DNA of 64,000 nt, from assembly GCA_900542945.1 (NCBI GenBank), contig UQPI01000001.1, forward strand, positions 6,215 to 70,214, read 5' to 3'. The number at the start of each line of letters is the position of its first letter. Position 1 is the stretch's first letter. Made by a program: the position numbers and the translations under genes. This document shows, one piece after another, positions 38,475 through 46,949 of the stretch. Origin of the DNA: an uncultured Collinsella sp. (lineage in GTDB: Bacteria > Actinomycetota > Coriobacteriia > Coriobacteriales > Coriobacteriaceae). A model generated the notes under the pieces. That model did not search any database and was not told the origin of the DNA. It was given only the letters and a program-made list of their open reading frames with translations.

Positions 38475-39248
38475 CTATCCCAGCTCCTGCATGCGGCGGT
38501 AGATTTCGCAGATGCCCTTGATGGTGAGTTGCCCGTCGACCACGTCGAAGGCATCGGTCGAATCGGCGACAATGCCGGCGAGACCGCCCGTGGCGATAAC
38601 GGTGGCATCCTCGCGGCCCAGCTCGCGCTTCATGCGCGTGACCAGGCCCTCGGCCATGGCGGCGGCGCCCATCACGGCGCCGACCTTGATGCACTCTTCG
38701 GTGTCGCGACCGATGGCGTGTTCGGGCGCCTCGAGCGGCACGCTGGCGAGCTTGGCGGCACGGGCGGCAAGCGCGTCCATGGAGATGCGGATGCCCGGCG
38801 CAATCGCCCCGCCAATGTAATAACCGTCCTCATCGATGACGTCGATATTGGTCGCGGTGCCAAAGTCCACCACGATTGCCGGCGCGCCGTAGAAAGTCTC
38901 GGCCGCAACGGCGTTGGCGACGCGGTCGGCACCTACGGCTTGGGGGCGCGCCGCGCGCAGCTTGGTCACGGCAGCCGTCTGCGGCCCGATGACGATGGCA
39001 TCCGCCGCGATGCGGTCGGCCACGGCGTGCCACTCGCGCGAGAGCTGCGGCACCACGCCCGCAAAGGCGATCGCATCGACCGCATCGAGCGAGAGGCCGT
39101 ACATCTTAAAGAAACCCATCAGGCGCACGTGGATCTCGTCGGCGGTATAGGAGCGGTCGGTGGGCATGCGCCACGACTGCACCAGCTCGTCTCCGTCAAA
39201 CAGGCCCATGGCCGTCTGCGTGTTTCCCATATCGATAGCGAGCAGCAT
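38475..39248 (-). CDS. coaX: Type III pantothenate kinase
   Basis: MLLAIDMGNTQT start and DFGTATNIDVI...GGAIAPG motifs. The ORF-track extension to 39590 reads across the tRNA gene and is an artefact. Confidence 0.85.
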   Translation of the reverse strand: MLLAIDMGNTQTAMGLFDGDELVQSWRMPTDRSYTADEIHVRLMGFFKMYGLSLDAVDAIAFAGVVPQLSREWHAVADRIAADAIVIGPQTAAVTKLRAARPQAVGADRVANAVAAETFYGAPAIVVDFGTATNIDVIDEDGYYIGGAIAPGIRISMDALAARAAKLASVPLEAPEHAIGRDTEECIKVGAVMGAAAMAEGLVTRMKRELGREDATVIATGGLAGIVADSTDAFDVVDGQLTIKGICEIYRRMQELG

Positions 39249-39444
39249 GTCTACTCCCGGTGTCGGCATAAAAGGACGCGCACCATTGTATACGTGCCAT
39301 CGACGGCGCTCGGCTGTGATTCGTTTACGGTGATAAGGGCTGAGAGGTTTAAATATGAAGGAATTATGCTCTACGAGATTTTCCTTGCCGTTTACCGAAC
39401 TCCCACGTAATATTCTTTCTTGCGCACATGAGGCGCCCAGACAT

Positions 39445-39521
39445 TGCGGGGTGGAGCAGTCTGGTAGCTCGCCGGGCTCATAACCCGGAGGTCGTAGGTT
39501 CAAATCCTGCCCCCGCGACCA
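39445..39521 (+). tRNA. tRNA-Met (CAT), initiator-like
   Basis: GCGGGGTGGAGCAGTCTGGTAGCTCGCCGGGCTCATAACCCGGAGGTCGTAGGTTCAAATCCTGCCCCCGCGACCA is almost identical to canonical bacterial tRNA-fMet. It has three G-C pairs in the anticodon stem and encoded CCA. A hairpin plus T-run terminator follows at 39530-39565. Confidence 0.9.
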
Positions 39522-39611
39522 AGAACTTGCAGCTCGTCGGCCTAGCCGGCGAGCTTTTTTGTTATTCCGGGACCGTGTTTTTCGGTCCAATTCTCAGCCT
39601 CTCAAACAAAA

Positions 39612-39748
39612 TCTCGATCTGTAACATCTAGACCCGATTTGGGCGGCTAGGTGTTACAGATCGAGATGTTGAGTCCCCGCCTGGACGGTTTGTCTAAATC
39701 TGTAACACGAGGGATGGATTTTGCCGAGTAACTGTTACAGATCGAGAC
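39612..39748. repeat. Two further copies of the TCTCGATCTGTAACA...TGTTACAGATCGAGA hairpin unit
   Basis: Units at 39612-39672 and 39688-39748 have the same 15-bp arms as the 20.6-kb locus and different spacers. Confidence 0.8.
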
Positions 39749-39889
39749 AAACCGACGGGCCGCCCCGCCCCATCCACCTGCCGCTACCTGCTGTCTGCCG
39801 ATTTCCGTTGCACCACTGTGCTCCCATGCCATATCCTCTAGACAACTACGCGGCACCATCGCCGCCGCGCCTACAAGAGAGGAATGTCC

Positions 39890-41920
39890 ATGACCGCACC
39901 TGCATCCAAGCTGCTCCAGCCCATTACGGTTGGCCCCCTTGAGCTCAAGAACCGCATTATGTTCCCGCCGCTAACCACCGGCTACGAGGAGCGCGACGGT
40001 TCCATCGGCGAGCGCAGCCTGGCTTTTTACGAGCGCCTGGCCCGTGGCGGCGTGAGCTACATCGTCATCGGCGACGTCGCTCCCGTTATGACCGCAAGCC
40101 CCACGCCCAAGCTGGCGACCGACGCTCAGATCCCCACGTTTAAGGCGCTGGCCGACGCCGTCCACAAGCACGGCGCCAAGATCGCCCTGCAGCTGTTCCA
40201 CCCCGAGTACGACGTGCCCGGCGTCGGCCGCATGGTCATGGGCTCCATGGCCGCTGCGAAAGCTGCTCAGGAGGCAAAGGCCGCCGGCGACGAGGAGACC
40301 TTTGCCGCCAAGATGGCCGAGTCCAACGAGATCCGCAAGCAGGCCTACGCCAAGCTGCACCACGACATGCAGCACTTTGTGAACGAGGCCAGCGTGGAGC
40401 AGCTCGCCCAGATCAAGGAAGCCATCGCCGCCTCGGCCGCTCGCGCACAGCAGGCCGGGATCGACGCCATCGAGGTCCACGGCGACCGCCTGGTGGGTTC
40501 GCTGTGCTCGGCCATCCTCAACCAGCGCACCGATGAGTACGGCGGCTCGTTCGAGAACCGCGTCCGCTACGCGCTCGAGGTCGTCGCTGCCATTAAGGAG
40601 GCCGCGCCGCAGCTGATGGTGGAGTACAAGCTCCCCGTGATCATGGAGAACCCCGACGGCACGCCGCGCGGCAAGGGCGGCCTGCAGCCCGACGAGGCCT
40701 GCGAGTTTGCCAAGCTGCTCGAGGGCGCGGGCATCGATATGATCCAGGTTGCGCAGGCCAACCACACCGGCAACATGGGCGACACCATTCCGCCCATGGG
40801 CGCCATGCCCTACAACTGGACGCTGCCCGTGGCCGAGCGCGTCAAGGCCCTGGTCTCCGTGCCGGTGGCCACCGTCGGCCGTGTTGTCTCGGTCGAGGCC
40901 GGTGAGAAGATTCTGGAAGACGGCTCGGCCGACATCATCGCCTATGGCCGCTCGCTCATGTGCGACCCCGACATTGCGCTGAAGGCCGCCACGGGTGAGC
41001 CCATCCGCGAGTGCCTCAACTGCAACAAGGGCTGCGTCGACGCGATTCAAAACCGCAAGTACATCTCGTGCGTGCTCAACGCCGAGAACGGCGACGAGGC
41101 GACCATCGCCATTAAGCCGGGCGAGGGCGACAAGAAGATCGCCGTGGTGGGCGGCGGTATTGCCGGCCTGGAGGCCGCGCGCGTGGCGGCCAAGCGCGGC
41201 TACGACGTGACCGTCTACGAGGCGAGCGATCATCTGGGCGGCCAGATTGTGCTGGCGGCTGCGCCCCCGCGCAAGGACGAGATCATGCGTTCGGTCGAGT
41301 ATTACGAGAAGATTCTGCCCGGCCTGGGCGTGAAGGTTGAGCTCAACCACGCCGCTACGGCCGAGGACCTCAACGCCGCCGACGCCGCGATTGTGGCTGT
41401 GGGCGCGCACGACGTGGTCATCCCCGTTCCGGGCGCCGACTCGGAGAAGGTCGTCTCGAGCTGGGACGTGCTGGCCGGCAAGGTGGAGCTTACGGGCCGC
41501 GTCGCCGTCATCGGCGGCGGCCTGGTGGGCACCGAGACTGCCGAGTACCTGCTGCAGCACGGCTGCGAGGTGGCGATTGTCGAGATGCTCGACAAGATTG
41601 CCGCGGGCGAGTCCGAGACCATTCTGCCGCTGATCATGAGCGACTTTGCCGAGCACAACGTGGAGCAGCACGTGAAGACCCGCCTGACCGCCATTACCGA
41701 CGAGGGCGTGGAGGCCATTCACACCACCGAGGACGGCACCGAGGAGCCGGTGAGGATCGCCTGCGATTACGTGGTGATGGCCGTGGGCTCCAAGGCCAAC
41801 GCGTTTGACCTGGATGGCGTGACGGTGCCCGTGACCTGCGTGGGCGACTGCTCGGGCGAGCGTACCGCCGATATTGCGAGCGCCATTCGCACGGCGTATC
41901 ACGCGGCCAACGAGCTCTAA
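39890..41920 (+). CDS. NADH:flavin oxidoreductase (Old Yellow Enzyme / 2,4-dienoyl-CoA reductase-like) with C-terminal FAD/NAD(P)-binding domain
   Basis: N-terminal OYE-like TIM barrel (LKNRIMFPPL...GVSYIVIG), 4Fe-4S Cys region (CLNCNKGC), then Rossmann KKIAVVGGGIAGLEAA. Confidence 0.8.
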   Translation: MTAPASKLLQPITVGPLELKNRIMFPPLTTGYEERDGSIGERSLAFYERLARGGVSYIVIGDVAPVMTASPTPKLATDAQIPTFKALADAVHKHGAKIALQLFHPEYDVPGVGRMVMGSMAAAKAAQEAKAAGDEETFAAKMAESNEIRKQAYAKLHHDMQHFVNEASVEQLAQIKEAIAASAARAQQAGIDAIEVHGDRLVGSLCSAILNQRTDEYGGSFENRVRYALEVVAAIKEAAPQLMVEYKLPVIMENPDGTPRGKGGLQPDEACEFAKLLEGAGIDMIQVAQANHTGNMGDTIPPMGAMPYNWTLPVAERVKALVSVPVATVGRVVSVEAGEKILEDGSADIIAYGRSLMCDPDIALKAATGEPIRECLNCNKGCVDAIQNRKYISCVLNAENGDEATIAIKPGEGDKKIAVVGGGIAGLEAARVAAKRGYDVTVYEASDHLGGQIVLAAAPPRKDEIMRSVEYYEKILPGLGVKVELNHAATAEDLNAADAAIVAVGAHDVVIPVPGADSEKVVSSWDVLAGKVELTGRVAVIGGGLVGTETAEYLLQHGCEVAIVEMLDKIAAGESETILPLIMSDFAEHNVEQHVKTRLTAITDEGVEAIHTTEDGTEEPVRIACDYVVMAVGSKANAFDLDGVTVPVTCVGDCSGERTADIASAIRTAYHAANEL

Positions 41921-42012
41921 GCAAGAAAGCTATCGCGTATTGAGTGGGCGGGGAGTGCCGTATCGGTGCTCCCCGTCTTTTTGCCAATAGAGTGTCCCTG
42001 ACCAGCGGGTTC

Positions 42013-42100
42013 AGAAAATCCGAATCTTTAGAACATGAAAATCCGAATTATATAAATACGAAAATCCGAATCACAACCACCCGAAAATCCGAATTTGCTA
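42013..42100 (+). repeat. Five direct iterons GAAAATCCGAAT spaced ~12 nt, upstream of the second DUF4143 ATPase
   Basis: cagAAAATCCGAATc...tGAAAATCCGAATt...cGAAAATCCGAATc...cGAAAATCCGAATt. Confidence 0.8.
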
Positions 42101-42153
42101 CAGTGGAATAGAGGAATCAGAAAGCAGGAACTGGAAATCTGCGGGGGTGGCTC

Positions 42154-43458
42154 ATGGCGGGCGAGAGGCTACATCGGGACGGATACATCCCACGTATCGT
42201 GGATGCGCAAATCGAGCGCTACCTTCGTGTCTTTGGCGCGGTCGAGATTGCGGGCACCAAGTGGTGCGGCAAGACGTGGGCCGCGCTCGAGCACGGGGCG
42301 TCCGTCTCGTATGTCGACGAGAATCTCGACCTCGCGCGTGCCGACCCGGCGATGATGTTGCTGGGTGACCGTCCGCATATTATCGATGAGTGGCAGCGCG
42401 TTCCCCAGATTTGGGACTACGTTAGACACGAGGTTGACCGCACCCGGGGCACGCGCGGCGCCTATATCCTCACGGGTTCCGCCACGCCTGCGTTTGGCTC
42501 AAAGGCGGAGGCGCCCGCGCATAGTGGAGCCGGCCGCATCGGCCGCGTCCGCATGCACCCCATGACGTTTGCCGAGACAGGTGAGTCCAACGGCAAGGTG
42601 AGCCTGGCGGGCTTGTTTGAGCATCGTTTTGAGCCCTGCCGGTGCGATGGCGATACGCCGGGGCTTGTCGAAGCCGCCTGCCGCGGCGGCTGGCCCGAGG
42701 CGATCGATATGGTTTCGGCTGACGCCCAGCTCATCGCCCGCGAATATCTCAACACCACATTTTCGAGCAGCTTCCCGGCGGTCGGTCTCGACCCCGATAT
42801 TGCTCGTCGAGTCTCCGCATCGATCGCGCGCAATCTGGGACAGGCAACCACGTATAAAACGATTCTTATGGATATGTTCGGTGCCGAGGAGGAACCCGCA
42901 GCGTTTGCCGACGAGACCAAGGTGCGTAGGTACCTGGATGCCCTCAAAGGCATGTTCATTCTCGAGGAGGTCCCCGGTTGGGTTCCCGCCGCGCGCGACA
43001 AACGGCGCTTTACCGTCAAGCCCAAGCGCTATCTGGCAGATCCGAGCCTTGCTTGCGCCTTGCTAGGTATGTCCTTGCAGGCGCTGCTTGCCGACTGGCA
43101 GACATTTGGTCTGGTGTTTGAGAATTTGGTCATACGCGACCTTTCGGTCTACGCACGTTCGCTCGACCTGCTGGATAGCACGCCCGTGCGCTATTATCGC
43201 GACGATTCGGGCCTTGAGTGCGATGCTATCGTGCAGCTAGCCGACGGACGGTGGGCCGCCTTTGAGATTAAGGTGAGTGAAGATAAAGCGAGCGCCGGCG
43301 TCGAGAGCCTCAAGCGCGTTCGCAAGAAGGTCTGTGGAAATCCCCGTTCACGCACACGCGAACCGGAGTTTATGGCCGTGATTGTGGGGGTGGGTGAGTA
43401 CGCCCGCGAGGTCGAGGACGGTATCTACGTGATACCCGTGCGCGCGTTGGGGTGTTAA
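42154..43458 (+). CDS. AAA-family ATPase with DUF4143-type C-terminal domain (second copy)
   Basis: Walker A GTKWCGKTWAALE. Same architecture as 37192-38388. Terminator hairpin at 43463-43490. Confidence 0.7.
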   Translation: MAGERLHRDGYIPRIVDAQIERYLRVFGAVEIAGTKWCGKTWAALEHGASVSYVDENLDLARADPAMMLLGDRPHIIDEWQRVPQIWDYVRHEVDRTRGTRGAYILTGSATPAFGSKAEAPAHSGAGRIGRVRMHPMTFAETGESNGKVSLAGLFEHRFEPCRCDGDTPGLVEAACRGGWPEAIDMVSADAQLIAREYLNTTFSSSFPAVGLDPDIARRVSASIARNLGQATTYKTILMDMFGAEEEPAAFADETKVRRYLDALKGMFILEEVPGWVPAARDKRRFTVKPKRYLADPSLACALLGMSLQALLADWQTFGLVFENLVIRDLSVYARSLDLLDSTPVRYYRDDSGLECDAIVQLADGRWAAFEIKVSEDKASAGVESLKRVRKKVCGNPRSRTREPEFMAVIVGVGEYAREVEDGIYVIPVRALGC

Positions 43459-43534
43459 GGGGCAGCACGCCGTGTGTCCGCTGCCCGGTGCTACGGATCA
43501 GTGCAAGGGGGTCAGGCTTGTTTGCACCAAGGGT

Positions 43535-43735
43535 TTGACATATGGGGGGGGGAGGCCGCTGGCGCTAACGAGGGCGTGTTAAGGGTGCTCGACTGGCTTA
43601 AACGCACCCTTAACCTCATCTTCACCTCAAATGAGGCTAAGATGAGGTTAAGATGAGGCAAGCAAACAACTGGGCAAATGCTGAAAATAGGGTGCTGTTA
43701 ACCTCAAAATGAGGTTAAGATGAGGCAAAGCTCGA
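43535..43735 (+). promoter_or_regulatory. Candidate regulatory region: TTGACA followed by a G9 homopolymer, then nested palindromes including a 21-bp perfect palindrome TTAACCTCAAAATGAGGTTAA
   Basis: TTGACA 43535-43540. G-run 43544-43552. Hairpins GTTAAGGGTGC...GCACCCTTAAC and TTAACCTCATCTT...AAGATGAGGTTAA. Duplicated AAGATGAGG motifs. Lies ~350-550 bp upstream of the SipW-type operon. Confidence 0.4.
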
Positions 43736-44079
43736 AGGGGTGTGCGAACCGTTCCGCGGACAATGCGCGCCTTAAGCCAACGATGAGCCTGGGTCGATTT
43801 TCGATTTCAACGCAACACCTGAGCCTTTCCCCTGCACCACGTTGGCGCAAACTAACCTGTCCCCCTCGCACCAAGCCCTTGGCGCGCGGGACAGGCTGCT
43901 GCTTGTAATCTTTAAGACATCATTAAGGCTTGCGCTGTGGAGCAAACCGCAGGTCAATGCTATTCTTTTACCTTATCGTATGGTGTTGTATTCTGCCTGA
44001 ATTCTATGCCTACGAGCAACGGATTGATCGCGACCAAGCGGAAAGGATGGCACGCCCGCTAGCAGGGCAAACGTAAACG

Positions 44080-45132
44080 ATGAGTGGCATGGACCGACAT
44101 AGCGAGCTCCAGCAGCACAAGACGGTGGCCGAGTACCGCCAAGCTGCCGACGAGCACGCGCGGACCCTCAAGGATTTCTGGAAAGATTTCCTGGTGAGCG
44201 GTCTGTTTGTGCTGGCCGCCATCGTTGCCATCTTTGCATGCCTGGCCTGGTTTGCCGCGAATAACCGAGTGAGCGCCACGGGGAGCACGATCGGGGCGAA
44301 GGGTCCGCGGTTTGTGCTCTCGGGAACGCAGGGCGGCACGGCGGGCAAGTACGACGCCCAGGACAACTACGCGTCGGACAGTACAAGCCTTGCCGTGAAC
44401 AATCTTTTCAACCTCAATAACATGAGTGCCGATGGCAGTCTCTCTCCGGGGTCGGCTGGTCAGCTCCAGCTCAACGTCAAGCCGCTCTGTAATGACCTGC
44501 GTGATATCACGGTGGAAATGACCTGGGAAATCTCTGTCCAGACGAGCGCTGCGGGCACGGGCGGCACCGCTACGGACGCATCGAAAAACGAAGAGATCAT
44601 CAACTCGCTTAAAAATCTGGTGCGCGGCCATATCCTGGTTTTCCAGGGCAAAGACGACTCTGGCTTTTACTCGAATCCGCTGGTCCCCACGACCACCACG
44701 GTGACCCAGGACGGGGCCAGCGTCACCGTCATTACGCAGAGCTTTACCATCCCGGCGCGGAGCTTTTGCGCTGAGGGCTCAAATAGCACGACAAGAACCG
44801 TACCCAAAACCCTCTACTGGATTTGGCCGGAGCAGTTTAAGAGCTATGTTCGCACGGGTAATGCCGGCTACGGCGGCAACCTTTTTGCAAGCACAGACGC
44901 CGGTTACACTGCCCTCGTCGGCGACATCAACAATAACCACGCGCGCTATTTCCGCGCCGACAGCACGAGCGTTCCGGGCCAGGCGCCCAGCGAGGTTCCG
45001 CCTGTCAAGGCCGGCATGTCCTCTGCATTTGTGGAAGCCTGCGCCGGCTATTACAACAACGCCGACGAGGTTATCGGCAAGAATATCAAGTACATTCGCG
45101 TGCGCTTTACCGCCAAGGAGGCGGATAAATAA
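44080..45132 (+). CDS. TasA/camelysin-like protein with SipW-cognate-type signal peptide (paralog 1)
   Basis: Cytoplasmic N-tail, one TM/h-region, then LAWFAANN and SATGS resembling the A.F.D / AAGTLDL motifs of SipW substrates. Beta-rich extracellular region. No sortase motif. Confidence 0.5.
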   Translation: MSGMDRHSELQQHKTVAEYRQAADEHARTLKDFWKDFLVSGLFVLAAIVAIFACLAWFAANNRVSATGSTIGAKGPRFVLSGTQGGTAGKYDAQDNYASDSTSLAVNNLFNLNNMSADGSLSPGSAGQLQLNVKPLCNDLRDITVEMTWEISVQTSAAGTGGTATDASKNEEIINSLKNLVRGHILVFQGKDDSGFYSNPLVPTTTTVTQDGASVTVITQSFTIPARSFCAEGSNSTTRTVPKTLYWIWPEQFKSYVRTGNAGYGGNLFASTDAGYTALVGDINNNHARYFRADSTSVPGQAPSEVPPVKAGMSSAFVEACAGYYNNADEVIGKNIKYIRVRFTAKEADK

Positions 45133-45951
45133 ATGGACGAGCAGCTTAACGCCCGCGAGCAGGGCGATATCAAGCACAACGAAGAAGTGGTGAACTCCGG
45201 CGACGACGGGTTCGGCTCGCACGGCGAGGCGCGTCCGGCTGGCCGCATCGAGCGCATCGAGACTTGGGTGAGCGGCCACCGTCGCGAATCCCTTGCCATC
45301 ATGGGCCTGGTGGCCGTGCTTCTCGTGTTGCTGGGATTGACGCTCGGATGGTTTGTCGATGCCAATCACGGCTCCACCGTTGGTAAGATCAAGGAGCCGG
45401 CGGAGCTCAAAGTGCTGGGCCCCAACGCTACGGCAACAGAGCAGATCGACCTGAGCTACAACCCCGAATACGGCGATACCAAGACCGGTAACACGGTGAC
45501 GCTCATGCGCCCGTTTTGCGTGCAGACGGGCGGCGATGGGTTTGAGCTGCAGCTTGCGAATACGACCAACATTGAAGGTCTCACTATCGAGCTGTATAAA
45601 GCCGAGAATCCGGGCCCAGGTGATACTTCCGACGTGAGCGGCACTGCGGGCGGCAAGCCCTATAGCTGGAAAATGTCTGAAACGGATCTGCTGAAGGACT
45701 TTAAGCTCATTAAGACCGAGCCGGTCCCCGGTGCAAACGACCCTACATTCAAGGACTACCAAAAGGTCCAACGCAACGCGCGTCCGCTCTACCGTTTCAA
45801 GGTGTTCAACAAAGACGAGCTCAATGCCAAGACGCTCGACGGCTCGACTGGCAACGACACGCTTAACTTCATCATCAAGCTTTCGTGGGACGAGAGCGCC
45901 AAAGAGACCGACGTGATCTATGTGATCGCGCGCAACACGAGCGGTATGTAG
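45133..45951 (+). CDS. TasA/camelysin-like protein with SipW-cognate-type signal peptide (paralog 2)
   Basis: Same architecture (…LLGLTLGWFVDANHGSTVG…). Strong AAGGAGG RBS. The start abuts the previous stop. Confidence 0.5.
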   Translation: MDEQLNAREQGDIKHNEEVVNSGDDGFGSHGEARPAGRIERIETWVSGHRRESLAIMGLVAVLLVLLGLTLGWFVDANHGSTVGKIKEPAELKVLGPNATATEQIDLSYNPEYGDTKTGNTVTLMRPFCVQTGGDGFELQLANTTNIEGLTIELYKAENPGPGDTSDVSGTAGGKPYSWKMSETDLLKDFKLIKTEPVPGANDPTFKDYQKVQRNARPLYRFKVFNKDELNAKTLDGSTGNDTLNFIIKLSWDESAKETDVIYVIARNTSGM

Positions 45952-45965
45952 GAGAGGGGGCGCAC

Positions 45966-46910
45966 ATGGAGAAGCAAGGGAGGCAGCAGGATGCCGAGCG
46001 CGAGCAGCTGGCAAAAGGCAAAAGCCTAGTCAAGAATAAGCTGGTTGTGGCGGCAATCGCACTTGTTTGCGCCGTGGCGCTCGTGACGGGTGGTTACTTT
46101 ACCTATTCCGCCTACACCGCCAACGGATTTCTAAAGTCCGTCGCCGCAACGGGCACCGCGCAGAACCTGTTTGCGAGCGATTTGCTCACGGGCTATATGA
46201 GTGCGCCCAGCAACGACGACCTCGACCGTGCCCAGCGCTCCGTTACGGTGTATCCCAGCGGCGGACAGTGCAGCTTCACCTTTAGCATCTACAACTATTT
46301 GCTGAGCAATAGCAACTTCTGCAACGACAAAAACGTGACGTACACCTTAACGGTCGAGGGGCATGGGCTCGATGATGCCACGTGGAGTTATGCGCCCCAG
46401 CCCAGCGGCAGCGTCACACTTCCGGAGAATCAGCCCACCAAGCACGACTACACCGTGACGTTCCCTGAGGACAAGTTGGGACATGCCTACTTTGTGATTA
46501 GGGCGACGGTTGTTTCGGACAAGAGTCCCGGCACCGAGCTCACCTGTCTGGCGGCGAAAGTCGTGCCGTCAAAGAGGGCCGAGGTCAAAACCGCTGCGGT
46601 TGAGGGCGCGCTTGTTGATGAGGCTGGCGAGTTTGCTGATTACGCTGCGTACAACTACCGCGTGACGGTTACGGGCGCACCGGCAAACGTCACGCTCACG
46701 TGGGGGGAGAACGCGGAGATCGACCCGTTCTTCAAGATCAACCATGGCGCGACGGTGAATGTTGAAAAACACAAGGCTACGTTCACCATGGAGCCGGGTT
46801 CGATGGTCGTCAACTTCTATCGAGCGGACGGCAAAACGCCCGATTCCTGGGGTGACCTGGGCATTAGCGTGAGTGGAACCACCCAAACGGGTACGACGGA
46901 GACTCAATAA
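45966..46910 (+). CDS. TasA/camelysin-like protein with SipW-cognate-type signal peptide (paralog 3)
   Basis: KNKLVVAAIALVCAVALVTGGYFTYSAYT closely follows the SipW-cognate pattern (KK.L..A..LGLALVGGGT.A.F.D). RBS GGAGAGGGGG is present. 15 bp after the previous gene. Confidence 0.55.
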   Translation: MEKQGRQQDAEREQLAKGKSLVKNKLVVAAIALVCAVALVTGGYFTYSAYTANGFLKSVAATGTAQNLFASDLLTGYMSAPSNDDLDRAQRSVTVYPSGGQCSFTFSIYNYLLSNSNFCNDKNVTYTLTVEGHGLDDATWSYAPQPSGSVTLPENQPTKHDYTVTFPEDKLGHAYFVIRATVVSDKSPGTELTCLAAKVVPSKRAEVKTAAVEGALVDEAGEFADYAAYNYRVTVTGAPANVTLTWGENAEIDPFFKINHGATVNVEKHKATFTMEPGSMVVNFYRADGKTPDSWGDLGISVSGTTQTGTTETQ

Positions 46911-46949
46911 CTCTGGCAGCAGAGTTTTAGGATAAGAGGTACGGAATCG

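Noticed and set aside
39249-39590. N-terminal extension of the coaX ORF (to 39590) and other ORF-track N-terminal extensions (glmU, pth, ecfT, EIIA, ECF-S)
   Set aside because: The coaX extension reads through the tRNA-Met gene on the opposite strand (translation GQDLNLRPPGYEPGEL is tRNA-derived). Family-conserved N-termini and RBSs support internal starts.
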